NCBI RefSeq assembly: GCF_000142905.1
Contig: NW_013657621.1
Location: 151,123-215,122, forward strand
Reading direction: 5' to 3'
DNA length: 64,000 bases
Origin: Thecamonas trahens ATCC 50062
Taxonomy: Eukaryota > Protista > Apusomonadida
Notes under the pieces: model-generated
Told to the model about the DNA's origin: nothing
The model's input: the letters and a program-made list of their open reading frames with translations, nothing else
The model's database searches: none
Program-made: the position numbers and the translations under genes
In this document: positions 8,596-18,270 of the stretch, piece after piece
How positions within the stretch are numbered: the stretch's first letter is position 1
Layout: each line of letters starts with the position of its first letter

Positions 8596-10824
8596 ATGAG
8601 CGAGACCGGCAGCAGCAGCAGCAGCAGCAGCAGCCGCAACGACGGCAGCAATGGCGATTTGTGCAACGGTGGCAACATGCGCAGTGATGGCAATGGTGGG
8701 GCCAGAGGTGGTAATGCTGGTGGTGGCGACTCGTGGGAGTCGACCAACTCGGATGATTCGGGCGCAGGCACTGCTGTCGAGGTTGATGATAGTGATGATG
8801 ATGGCCGGAGAGGCAGTGTGGTGGACGTGGAGACGATCGGTGGGAGCAACCATGGCGGTGGCTCGGCTCCTGCGAGGCGGTTTACCGAGACTGGGACGCT
8901 GGTACTGGACGATGTGGATACCTCTTCGCGGCGGAAGAGAGCGAGGAGGAAGGGCCGGGCCAAGACGTATGACGCAGGCGTGCCGTCGCCCAAGGCCGAG
9001 ACGGCGACTGCGTCGTCGGGGCTGGGCTTTGGGCTTGGCACCAGCGACGCGAATCGGAGCGGATGGACCGAGTCTGGTACGCTTGTGGCCGCACGGTCGA
9101 CGCTGGGCGAACCGCCTCGGGTCCGTGACGAGCAGGCTGCCATCGACGCACTGATGGCGCTGGACAAGGTCCAGCTCGCCGCCCGGGTGGTGGCGGCCGA
9201 GGCTCGGCTGAGCGAGGTACTCATTCTAGTGGACAACATGCGGGCGGAAATGCTGGCGCGGCAGGGAATCGACGCCGAGGACGCGCGGGCTCACACGGCG
9301 GGCGCGCCGCTTGCGCGAGCCAAGACCGACGTGGCGCTGATGGGCAGCGACGAGACAGGAAGCCCCGAGCGCAGCGGGAGCTCCGCGCCTGTAACTCCGC
9401 GGAGCCCGACGTCGCCACAGGCGGCGACCGACGGCTTGCTTCCGGCATCTGCAGCTGCTGCAGACTCGACGTACGCGTCGTGGCTACAGAAGCGCGACCC
9501 GATCACCGGGCTCTGGTCACGGTTCTACGTTGTGTTCCACGGAGAGGAGCGAACGCTCTCGTACTATGCGCACGAGAAGGCGCCGGTCCGGCTGGGGCGG
9601 TTTGTCTTTCAGGAGCTTCCGCTCAAGGTGGTGTACGGGGCCGATGTGCTTGGCGAGCTCGACGAGGACATCCCGTATTGCTTTGGGCTCTCGTGCAACT
9701 CGCGCCTCTTGCATGTGTTCTCGGCGGTGACCGGGGTGGATTTGCTCAACTGGTGCGCGGCGCTGGGCCAGGTGTGCGCCGGGGTAGAGGCGAACGCAGT
9801 GGCGTTGCCGGGCACGGAAGCCGACACCGAGGCTGCGCTGAACGCGTTGGTGGCGTCTGTGTTCTTTCTCCGCCGGCGGGCGCAGTACCTGTCGACTGTG
9901 GCGCGCAAAGGCAAGCTGATGTGGGGTCAACAGCTGGCGGTGTTGTACAACTTTCGGTTGTACTTTTTCGAGAGCGACGAGGACATCAAGCCGATTGAGT
10001 CGGTGTGTATTGTCGGCTACTCGGTCAGGCCGCTCACTTCGGAACGAGCGCGGCCGAACTCGTTCCGCATCTCGCACCCGGGCCTTCCCTCGTATACACT
10101 CGCCGTTGACTCGCGGCGGAAGCTCGCCACCTGGGTCGGCGCCCTCACTTCTGCTGCCAATCTCCAGCGGCAGTGGTTCATTGAGGGCAACGAGGAGTTT
10201 GACCGGCGAGCGGCGCCGGCAACGTCCCAGGTCCATGTCTCGATCAAGCTCGACAAGGAGGTCATCCGCAAGCCGTCGCGGCCGCGGGCGGCGACTGATG
10301 CGCAGGCGGTGGCGGCGGCAGCGGCAGCCGACGGCCCGCTGCCCGACGATGGGCAGGACGGCGGCGGGGCCGGTACCAGCAGCGATGTGGCCGATGGCCT
10401 TGCCAACGTCCGCTCGCGGCTCACCCGCGGGAGTTCGATCTCGGAGCGGCGCAAGCGGCTGATCCGGAGACGGTCGGCGGTCTCGCGGGCGCTTTCCATC
10501 GCCGAGCTCAAGGACCGCATGAGCTCCAAGCTGCTGGCGGCATACAAGTTCCGCTCGTCGCTCTCCATCGACGATGTCGTCAACATGCTCCGCGAGTTCC
10601 ACGGCCTCCCGCTGCTGCGCGACGAGCGCAAGACCGGATTCGAGACGCCGTCGGACGACGAGTACGAGTATGCCACTGCGTCCGATGACGACAGCTCGGG
10701 CGATTCCGATAACGGGACCATGGTGCTCACCTCGACGCCGCGCTCGCCGGCATGGTCGCCTCTGTCGAGTCCCGCGGCGGCCAGCACGGGCTCTGGCGGC
10801 AAGAGCAGCGACGGCGATGCGTAA
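8596..10824 (+). CDS. Tandem PH-domain protein
   Basis: ATG in CCACCATG context. PH1: YASWLQKRD...WSRFYVV...LLNWCAAL. PH2: KLMWGQQLAVLYNFRLYFFE...NSFRI...LATWVGAL. Low-complexity N-terminus. Confidence 0.85.
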   Translation: MSETGSSSSSSSSRNDGSNGDLCNGGNMRSDGNGGARGGNAGGGDSWESTNSDDSGAGTAVEVDDSDDDGRRGSVVDVETIGGSNHGGGSAPARRFTETGTLVLDDVDTSSRRKRARRKGRAKTYDAGVPSPKAETATASSGLGFGLGTSDANRSGWTESGTLVAARSTLGEPPRVRDEQAAIDALMALDKVQLAARVVAAEARLSEVLILVDNMRAEMLARQGIDAEDARAHTAGAPLARAKTDVALMGSDETGSPERSGSSAPVTPRSPTSPQAATDGLLPASAAAADSTYASWLQKRDPITGLWSRFYVVFHGEERTLSYYAHEKAPVRLGRFVFQELPLKVVYGADVLGELDEDIPYCFGLSCNSRLLHVFSAVTGVDLLNWCAALGQVCAGVEANAVALPGTEADTEAALNALVASVFFLRRRAQYLSTVARKGKLMWGQQLAVLYNFRLYFFESDEDIKPIESVCIVGYSVRPLTSERARPNSFRISHPGLPSYTLAVDSRRKLATWVGALTSAANLQRQWFIEGNEEFDRRAAPATSQVHVSIKLDKEVIRKPSRPRAATDAQAVAAAAAADGPLPDDGQDGGGAGTSSDVADGLANVRSRLTRGSSISERRKRLIRRRSAVSRALSIAELKDRMSSKLLAAYKFRSSLSIDDVVNMLREFHGLPLLRDERKTGFETPSDDEYEYATASDDDSSGDSDNGTMVLTSTPRSPAWSPLSSPAAASTGSGGKSSDGDA

Positions 10825-10855
10825 ACAGGAGGAGCGAGACTCATCGCATGATGTG

Positions 10856-11473
10856 TTATGTGGTGGTGGTGACCGCTGTGGTACCTTCAGGCGAGACCAG
10901 GGTGTGCGCGGCGAGGGCGGCAAGCTTCTTCTGCTGCCCGAGGATCTGGCTGTAGGTGGCGACAAGGAGGTTACGGCTCTGCTCCTGCGCGTTGAGCAGC
11001 TCGTCCTCGGTCTCTTTGACCATCCTGAGCAGGACCATCTCCTCGACGGACATGCTCGGCGCATCAAGCAGCATCCGTTTGCGCTTCTCAGTCCGGCTTG
11101 TGTACTCGTCGTCATCGGCATCACCGCTGCTATCGTTGTCATTGTCATTGTCGTCGCGTCGCCGCTTTGGCCGCGGTGTCGCATCAGGCGACGTTGATGA
11201 GCGCTGCTGCCGCCGCTTTGGCTGCGGCGTCACCGCCGTCGCCGCCTTGTCCTTGCGCGAATTTTTGCCGGCATCCGATACTGCAGTTCCGCCACTTGTA
11301 CATGCCCTGCGTGGTCTTCCACGAGATGGTTGTGATCGAGTGGTTGAGGCGGTAGCGGAGGTGATGGTGGTGGTGGTGGTGGTCGCGGGCGTGGTGGAGG
11401 TGGAGGTGGCGGTCCGGGCTGCTTCTGCTGCTTCTTCTTCTGCTGCTGCTGAGCGGGTACGGCGGGCGGGCAT
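10856..11473 (-). CDS. Hypothetical protein, low-complexity with C-terminal coiled coil, probably nuclear
   Basis: ATG 11473 (MPARRTRS) after a C-rich tract. NLS-like PKRRR and KRKR; helical C-terminus. Confidence 0.6.
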   Translation of the reverse strand: MPARRTRSAAAEEEAAEAARTATSTSTTPATTTTTTITSATASTTRSQPSRGRPRRACTSGGTAVSDAGKNSRKDKAATAVTPQPKRRQQRSSTSPDATPRPKRRRDDNDNDNDSSGDADDDEYTSRTEKRKRMLLDAPSMSVEEMVLLRMVKETEDELLNAQEQSRNLLVATYSQILGQQKKLAALAAHTLVSPEGTTAVTTTT

Positions 11474-11581
11474 GGATGGAGCGGTTGGGCTGGTCTCTGG
11501 TGGCGGATGGGGGAGGGGGATGGGGGGGGTGGGGGGTGGGGGAGGGGAAGTGGTCGAGTGTTGGGCGGTGACCGTTGGTTG

Positions 11582-11765
11582 ACGCAACGTTTGGCTAATG
11601 GTTATGGAGGGTGAACGATAAACGCAACGTTTGGCTAATGGTTATGGAGGGTGAACGATAAACGCAACGTTTGGCTAATGGTTATGGAGGGTGAACGATA
11701 AACGCAACGTTTGGCTAATGGTTATGGAGGGTGAACGATAAACGCAACGTTTGGCTAATGGTTAT
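11582..11765. repeat. Perfect 40-nt tandem repeat, 4.6 copies
   Basis: Unit ACGCAACGTTTGGCTAATGGTTATGGAGGGTGAACGATAA at 11582, 11622, 11662, 11702 and partial at 11742, in a divergent promoter region. Confidence 0.97.
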
Positions 11766-11934
11766 AGTGTTGCGGCACAGACCATCGATTATCCCATGTT
11801 CCCCGCAACGATTCCTCCCCTCGGCACCGTTGTAGGCAGTCCCCTCCCCCACCCCCCCTCCCCCCACCCCCGCACCCCTTCTCTCCCCCCTCTACCCCCT
11901 CACCACCACCACCACTACCACCATCACCACCACC

Positions 11935-14286
11935 ATGCACAGCCCCCAGAGTGCAGGACGCCTCACCCGGCGGGTGGGAGGGAGACGGAATGGCACAGCT
12001 GGGTCACCAAGGGGGACAGGGCGGCGAGCAGGCAGAGGAGCAGGCGGAGGAGCAGGCAGAGGAGCAGGCGGAGGAGCAGGCGGAGGAGTAGGCGGAGGAA
12101 GCCCCGGAGCAGGACGGGGTGGAGATCGGCTGAGTAGCAGTGAGCTGATGGCTACGCTCAATGCCTCTCCGTTGGCTACGATGAGCTCGAGAGATCGGGC
12201 CATTGCCGCACTCGGCATCGATGCTGCTCATCTCGTCTCCTTGCCTCGATCACACTTTGATGGTTCGGGCTTGGATCCGGCCATCATCCGCATGCGCATC
12301 GAGTATCATGAGGAGAGGAAGCAGAGGCTGTTGGCTCTGGTTGAGGAAGAGGCAGAGCGATTGGATGCTGGCGGCACTGTCGGTGATCATACCTCGCCCA
12401 TGTCGTCGCGGAGGTACCCGATGTCGCCTCCTAGGACCCCCATGGCGGCGACGGCAGCGTCAGCTGCGCCCGGCTCGGCAACGGCTGGGGATAGCACTCC
12501 AGGAAGAGGCTCGGCCAGAGGCACTCCGGCCAGCTCAATGCCTGGCACCCCGCTGGGCGGCGAGAGCACAGACGGCTCGCCGCGCCGATCGCTGCTGCGG
12601 TCGAGCCGTGGAGAGGTGACCATCCGGTCGCCGCAAGCAACGGCAGCGGCGGTGGCTGCCATCGATACCGAGGTGGCGGAGCAGTACGAGAAGCTGGTCG
12701 ACAACGAGGCGCGGCGGCTGGCGGCGATCGAGCGGCGGATCGAGCGGAGCGTGGCGGCGCTGGAGCGGAGCGAGCAGATCCGCCGCGACATGGAGGAAAA
12801 GTTTGAGCGCAAGATGAAGCTCGAGGCCGAGCGGGTGGCTCGCCGCAAGCGCGAGCGCGAGGAGGCCAACGCCCGCCAGGCCGAGGCCCAGCGGCGGCGG
12901 ACGGCCAAACAGGCGGATATCAACCGCCGGCGCGAGGCGCTGCTCGAGGCAAAGCGCGAGCAGGTCGAGGCTGCCGAAAAGCGGGCTGCCGAGCAGCGCG
13001 AGCTCGCGGCGGCGGCCGCCATGAAGCGAGTCGCCGACCAGGCAGCGCAGCACGAGCGCCACGCTCTCAAAGTTCGCGCCAACCTCGAGGCCGAGCGCCG
13101 GCGGCAGGAGGAGAAGCGGGCGGCGCGCGAGGCGCACGTCGCCGCCATCCGCAAGGCACAGGCCGAGCAGCAGTCGGAAAAGATCCGCGCCTCGCAGCGC
13201 GAGGCCAAGCGGAAGGAGCAACACCGCGCTGCAGTGGTTGCCCGCGCCGAGCGCGCTGCCCAGGATCGCATGGACCGGATGCTGCGGAAAGAGGCGGCGG
13301 TGAAGGAGCGGCTGGACTTGCTGGCGGCCGAGGCCGATGCCCGCAAGGCCGAGGCTGCGGCGGCACGGGCTGCGGCAGACGCAGCAGCAGCGGCGGCGCG
13401 CGCCGAGCTCGAGGCCGAGGAGCGGGCCCGCCAGGAAGAGCTGGCAGCCGAGATGGCCACCCGCGAGGCGGCCGCCGACGCCGCGCGCCGCCGGCAGGTC
13501 CAGGCCACGGTGGTCGAGCGCGAGGAGCGCCGGCTCAAGCGCCTCGCCCGCAAGGATCACGCCCGCATGATGCAGCGGCAAGAGGCGTTCCGCCGGGCGG
13601 TGCTCGCAGAGAAGACCCAACAGGAGGCCATCCTCGCCCAGTACATGGACGCCCGCAAGGCCGAGCTGCAGGCCGAGCGGGCGCGGATGCAGCACGAGGT
13701 CGAGAGACATGCCGCCCGTAAGCTCCGCCAGCTGCAGACGCAGCAAAAGGTGCGCCACCGGATCAAGGTGACCGAGCCAGCGGCACGTGCCGCCGTCACC
13801 AGCGCCCGCACCCACGGGACCAGCGGCGCAGCGCACGGCAAGTCGAGTGCGGGCGCTGCCGGTGGCGGCTCGGCCCGCCGCCGCGGCACTCTCCTCTCGA
13901 TGCTGACGACCAACCCGTCGGCACTCATCGAGCACACAACACACGACGGGCTCGGCGCTCAGCACTCTCCGGGTGGCGGCGGCGCTGCTGAGACTGCGGA
14001 GCTTACTTCGGCGGCGCACGCCCTTGAGACCATCATTCCACCCGACGTCCGGCGCTCAACCTATCGCCCGCCGTGGGCGCGGTCGCCGGCCGGCCGCAAG
14101 CCGACATCACCGGCGCACGCGCCCGGGAGCGGGCGGCCGGAGCGGCCGTCACCGCGGGCGCGCCGCGCCGCAGGGCCCGGGAGCCCAAGCCGGCCGACGC
14201 ACGCGACGAGGTCGGCGCGGGCCGACCTTGGCGCGTCGATGCAGCAGCTCGGCTCGTCGAACTTTGACCTCTCGGCAGGAGCATGA
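11935..14286 (+). CDS. Long E/R/A-rich coiled-coil protein (CCDC177-like or flagellar-associated type)
   Basis: 783-aa ORF. N-terminal segment ALGIDAAHL...IRMRIEYHEERKQRLL followed by about 380 aa of charged helix. Confidence 0.75.
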   Translation: MHSPQSAGRLTRRVGGRRNGTAGSPRGTGRRAGRGAGGGAGRGAGGGAGGGVGGGSPGAGRGGDRLSSSELMATLNASPLATMSSRDRAIAALGIDAAHLVSLPRSHFDGSGLDPAIIRMRIEYHEERKQRLLALVEEEAERLDAGGTVGDHTSPMSSRRYPMSPPRTPMAATAASAAPGSATAGDSTPGRGSARGTPASSMPGTPLGGESTDGSPRRSLLRSSRGEVTIRSPQATAAAVAAIDTEVAEQYEKLVDNEARRLAAIERRIERSVAALERSEQIRRDMEEKFERKMKLEAERVARRKREREEANARQAEAQRRRTAKQADINRRREALLEAKREQVEAAEKRAAEQRELAAAAAMKRVADQAAQHERHALKVRANLEAERRRQEEKRAAREAHVAAIRKAQAEQQSEKIRASQREAKRKEQHRAAVVARAERAAQDRMDRMLRKEAAVKERLDLLAAEADARKAEAAAARAAADAAAAAARAELEAEERARQEELAAEMATREAAADAARRRQVQATVVEREERRLKRLARKDHARMMQRQEAFRRAVLAEKTQQEAILAQYMDARKAELQAERARMQHEVERHAARKLRQLQTQQKVRHRIKVTEPAARAAVTSARTHGTSGAAHGKSSAGAAGGGSARRRGTLLSMLTTNPSALIEHTTHDGLGAQHSPGGGGAAETAELTSAAHALETIIPPDVRRSTYRPPWARSPAGRKPTSPAHAPGSGRPERPSPRARRAAGPGSPSRPTHATRSARADLGASMQQLGSSNFDLSAGA

Positions 14287-14347
14287 GCGCCAGGCACTTG
14301 TGGATTTGGTGTTCCATGCCCAGGCGGCAGCGGTGACAACAACATGT

Positions 14348-16213
14348 TTACATCGACGAGTAGAGCGGACCGTTTGCGCCCTCAGGCACGCGCCACTCGA
14401 TGTAGTGCGGAGCGACGATGGAGCAGCACTTGCACTGGACGCAGTTGGACGGCGAGGTGTGGAGATAGGGGCCGGACTCGTTCTCCATAAAGGTGTAGAC
14501 GCCAGCGGGACAGAACCGGTGGGCCTGGCCGGCAAAGCGGTTGAGATCGTCGACAGCGGTCTGCTGGGAGTGGACGTGGAGGTGCGACGGCTGGTCCTCC
14601 TCGTACGAGTTGTTGGCGAGGAAGACCGAGGAGGGGAGGTCAAACGAGAGAACGCCGTCAGGCTTGGGGTACTCGATCTCCTTGGCCGCCGGGTTGTCTG
14701 CGGTGACGCGTGCCTCGTGGTCTTCGTGCTTCATGGTGAGGGTCCACGGCGCCTTGCCAAAGGTAGCGGTCTCAAAGGCCGCGTTGGCCATGCCGGGCCA
14801 GAACCCGTACTGGAAGCCTGGGCGGATGTTGCGGACAGAGCGGAGCTCGTCGTAGACCCACGATGACTCGATGGTCTCGACGTAGTTGTCGAGTGTGATG
14901 CCCCCGGCGTCCGATGCGAGGATGGACGACGCATCGTCGCCGGCGGCCATGAGGGCAGAGACGGCGGCGTCGGCAGCGTACATGCCCGACTGCATGGCTG
15001 TGTGGGTGCCCTTGATCTTGGGCACGTTGAGGAAGCCGGCCGAGCAGCCGATGAGGGCACCGCCTGGGAAGGCCAGCTTGGGGATGGCCTGCAGGCCGCC
15101 CTCGTTGATGGCACGAGCGCCGTAGGAGATGCGCTCGCCACCGGCAAGGTGCTTGGCAACCTCGGGGTGATGCTTGAACCGCTGGAATTCGCGGAACGGG
15201 TTGAGGTACGGGTTCGGGTAGTCGAGCCCGATGACAAAGCCGACGGCGACGGTGTTGTCCTCCTGGTGGTAGAGGAACGAGCCGCCGTAGGTGGCAGTGT
15301 CGAGCGGCCAGCCAATGGTGTGCTGGATGAGCCCAGGCTGGTAGATCTCATCCGGAACCTGCCACAGCTCCTTGATGCCGAGGCCGTACGACTGCGGCAT
15401 GACGCCGTCGCGGAGGCCAAACTTGTCCATGACCATCAGCGACATCGAGCCGCGCGCACCTTCGGCAAAGAGCGTGACGGGCGCGTGGAGCTCCATGCCG
15501 GGCATAAAGTCGGGCTTCTTGGAGCCGTCCTTGGCAATGCCCATGTCGCCAGTGGCCACGCCACGGACCGAGCCGTCGTCGTTGTACACCACACGGGCGC
15601 CAGCGTAGCCCGGGTAGACCTCGACGCCGAGCTCCTCGGCCTGCTCACCGAGCCAGCGGACGAGTTTGCCGAGCGAGATAATGTAGTTTCCATCGTTGTG
15701 CATCTGCGGCGGAACAATGGGCGAGGTGATGGCTGACGACTCGGAGGTGAGGAAGACAAACGAGTCATCCTTGGCCGGCGTCACCAGCGGCGCGCCCTTG
15801 TCCTTCCAATCCGGAATAAGCTCATCCAGAGCACGAGTCTCAAACACGTTTCCCGAGAGAATGTGCGCACCAAGCTCGGCGCCCTTCTCCAGCACCAGGA
15901 CTCTCCGATCGTCCTGACCAGCGTCAGCAAAGGCCTGCTTTGCCCGAATAGCAGCCGAGAGACCAGCCGGACCGCCACCGACAATAAGCACATCGACCTC
16001 ATCAATGAAAGCCTCATCCTCTGCACCATCATCACTCACATGTGCACTCGTCGAGAACATGCCCATGCCCATGCCCATGCCCATGGTGGCACTCGTCGGT
16101 CTCGCACAAGACTCGGTCAGCTGGGAACTCGGTCCTCCTGCCAGCTTGTGTGCCAGGATGCTGGCAGCACTTGTGGCCCTGCGGTACAGGCTCGGCTTTG
16201 CCCAGGTCAGCAT
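14348..16213 (-). CDS. ETFDH: Electron transfer flavoprotein-ubiquinone oxidoreductase, mitochondrial
   Basis: DVLIVGGGPAGLSAA FAD motif, GAHILSG, NVPKIKGTHTAM, C-terminal 4Fe-4S FCPAGVY...NCVQCKCC. Presequence-like N-terminus from ATG 16213. Confidence 0.97.
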   Translation of the reverse strand: MLTWAKPSLYRRATSAASILAHKLAGGPSSQLTESCARPTSATMGMGMGMGMFSTSAHVSDDGAEDEAFIDEVDVLIVGGGPAGLSAAIRAKQAFADAGQDDRRVLVLEKGAELGAHILSGNVFETRALDELIPDWKDKGAPLVTPAKDDSFVFLTSESSAITSPIVPPQMHNDGNYIISLGKLVRWLGEQAEELGVEVYPGYAGARVVYNDDGSVRGVATGDMGIAKDGSKKPDFMPGMELHAPVTLFAEGARGSMSLMVMDKFGLRDGVMPQSYGLGIKELWQVPDEIYQPGLIQHTIGWPLDTATYGGSFLYHQEDNTVAVGFVIGLDYPNPYLNPFREFQRFKHHPEVAKHLAGGERISYGARAINEGGLQAIPKLAFPGGALIGCSAGFLNVPKIKGTHTAMQSGMYAADAAVSALMAAGDDASSILASDAGGITLDNYVETIESSWVYDELRSVRNIRPGFQYGFWPGMANAAFETATFGKAPWTLTMKHEDHEARVTADNPAAKEIEYPKPDGVLSFDLPSSVFLANNSYEEDQPSHLHVHSQQTAVDDLNRFAGQAHRFCPAGVYTFMENESGPYLHTSPSNCVQCKCCSIVAPHYIEWRVPEGANGPLYSSM

Positions 16214-16236
16214 GGTCGTGGTCAAGAGTATGAGGG

Positions 16237-16266
16237 AGAGAGAGAGAGAGAGAGAGTGTGTGTAGT

Positions 16267-16306
<40 letters not shown>

Positions 16307-16311
16307 TGTGT
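16237..16311. repeat. (GA)n/(TG)n compound microsatellite just upstream of ETFDH
   Basis: Seen directly in the sequence. Confidence 0.9.
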
Positions 16312-16771
16312 ATGGGGGAGGGGAGGGGAGGGGGCGGAACCGACCGCTTTTCGTTCGGTGCGGCTGATTTTTGCCGGAGGCTGTCGGTGGCGAGGATGAG
16401 CGAGTTGGTCGACGATCAGTGCGCGCGCGCGGGTGATTGTGAGTGATCAAGGTGGGTGATCAAGGTTGGCCATTTGGTAGAGGGGCGGTTGGGTGGCTTT
16501 GAGTGGGTTGTCTGGCTTGGCCTGACGGTTGAAGGCGGTGGTGAGGACATGGGACGTCATGATGACGACGCGTGTCGACGTAAGCTCTGTACTTGCGGCA
16601 ACTGGCGGGGCTATTGCTCGGCGGGCAAGGTCATCCAGGGGCACGCCCACACCCAATATCATGCTCAGTACAGCAAACTCAGCATCGCCCCTCCTAATCG
16701 TCACCACACCATTCAGTCAACAACCGTCTGCTTGCCATCAGTCGCCTGCACACAACGGCCACGGCCACGGC

Positions 16772-16831
16772 CACCATCACCATCACCATCACCATCACCA
16801 TCACCATCACCATCACCATCACCATCACCAT
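16772..16831. repeat. (CACCAT)n hexamer repeat
   Basis: Seen directly in the sequence. Confidence 0.9.
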
Positions 16832-17002
16832 GCGCAGATCATACTCGTGGCGACCACGGGTCCTGTGTTGGGACCCATCTCGGAGGTGTCGGCAGCAGCT
16901 GGCCGGGGAGCAGTGACAGCTGGCGGACGGGGAGCAGTGACAGTTGGCGGGCGGGCATGGACGGCCACTCAACCCTGTTGCCGGACCGCGGCGGGGTTGG
17001 GC

Positions 17003-18261
17003 ATGTCGCGCGAGGCGGAAGCACTGAAGCGGCGACGAGAGGAGGCGCTCGACTTTATCGCCGACTCGCTGACCGAGTTGGCTACCGGCGAGGTCATTCT
17101 CCCTCGGCACCTGCTCCATGGCCGCCAGCCTGTGCCTGCTCAACTCGAAGCTCCTCCCCTCGATCCGCACGCGGCCGATGCGTACTTGAACCATGCCCTG
17201 GCTCGCCCGCTGGCCAATGTAGCTACCACCGCTACCCGGAGACGTGCGGCGAAGATCGAGGCTGCTCTGCGGCCTACCCGTCTCTCGCTCGTTGTCCAGC
17301 GCCGCATCGATGCTGCTGCTGCATTGCCAGCTGATTCACCTGCGCCTCGCTGGCCTCCGCCTCGCTCCCGTCGTCCGCATCGCATTCCGCGTGCTCCAAC
17401 CATGTCGCCCGAGCTCGCACGGCTTCGTCGCAAGTATGCTGATGCAGAGCTTCCCGGTCGGGCCCCCGATCACCGGCCTCGCCGTCCGCCGGCGCGCCTT
17501 CCCCCCGGGGACACTCTACACCGCCGCGCTTGCACGCCTCGCCGCCGCGGGCGCGAATCTTTGTCACCGCACTCGAGACGCCGGCGGGCATCGCACTGAG
17601 CGACAAGCTTGAAGTGCTGAAAAAGGTTCGGCACAGCGCGCGGTCTGAGGCCAGGCCCGAGAAGCAGAGGCGCAAACCGAGGATCCTGCGGTTCTCGTCG
17701 CCGTCGCCGCCTCTGCGAAATGCAACGGCGAGTGGCGCAGCGCGGGCGCTGTCACGGGTGACGGGTCGCTCGCGCGACGCGGTCTTGCTCCGATCGCACA
17801 CACCGAGTGTGTCCTCGCCACGCTCGACGGGTTTGGCTCCGGGCGCTTCGCGGCGCGATGTCCGCATCGCCGAACTTGCCGCGGCCTACCCCTCGCTCAA
17901 CGTGGCCGAGCTTGCCAACCGTGGCGCCTACCACGCAATCGCTGCTGTCGTCGCCTATGTCGAAGCCGAAGCGCCAGTCCCTCTGCCTCTGGCGGCTGCC
18001 GCCCATGACGCCCTCGAGCTTCTGCACGCCGAGGAGTCGTCGCGGATCGGGATAGAGAACGCACTGGCGACGTCATCTGCGCTTCGCCGCGCACACCACT
18101 CGCTCACCCGCCGTGCTGTCTCGGCGCTCGACACCGTCGACCACCGGGCGACTGGGACTGAGATTCCGTACCGAGCCATGGCGTACTCACCGTTTATGCG
18201 GGGTGAGCTCGATGCCAAGTTTACACTGGAAGCTAAGCCGGCAAGTAGATGGCGAACGTGA
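17003..18261 (+). CDS. Hypothetical protein spanning two frames (break near 17434-17460)
   Basis: MSREAEALKRRREEALDFIADSL... (frame of ORF 16529) appears to continue in the -1 frame GPRSPASP...LHASPPRARIFVTALE (frame of ORF 17530, open from 17443) to the stop at 18261. Confidence 0.5.
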
Positions 18262-18270
18262 GCTCCGCCT

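Noticed and set aside
11582-11765. CRISPR-like array
   Set aside because: Units are head-to-tail with no unique spacers, there are no cas genes, and the context is eukaryotic.
16529-17002. Poly-His N-terminal extension of the 17003 gene
   Set aside because: It derives from a CACCAT microsatellite and could be UTR; it cannot be supported as coding.
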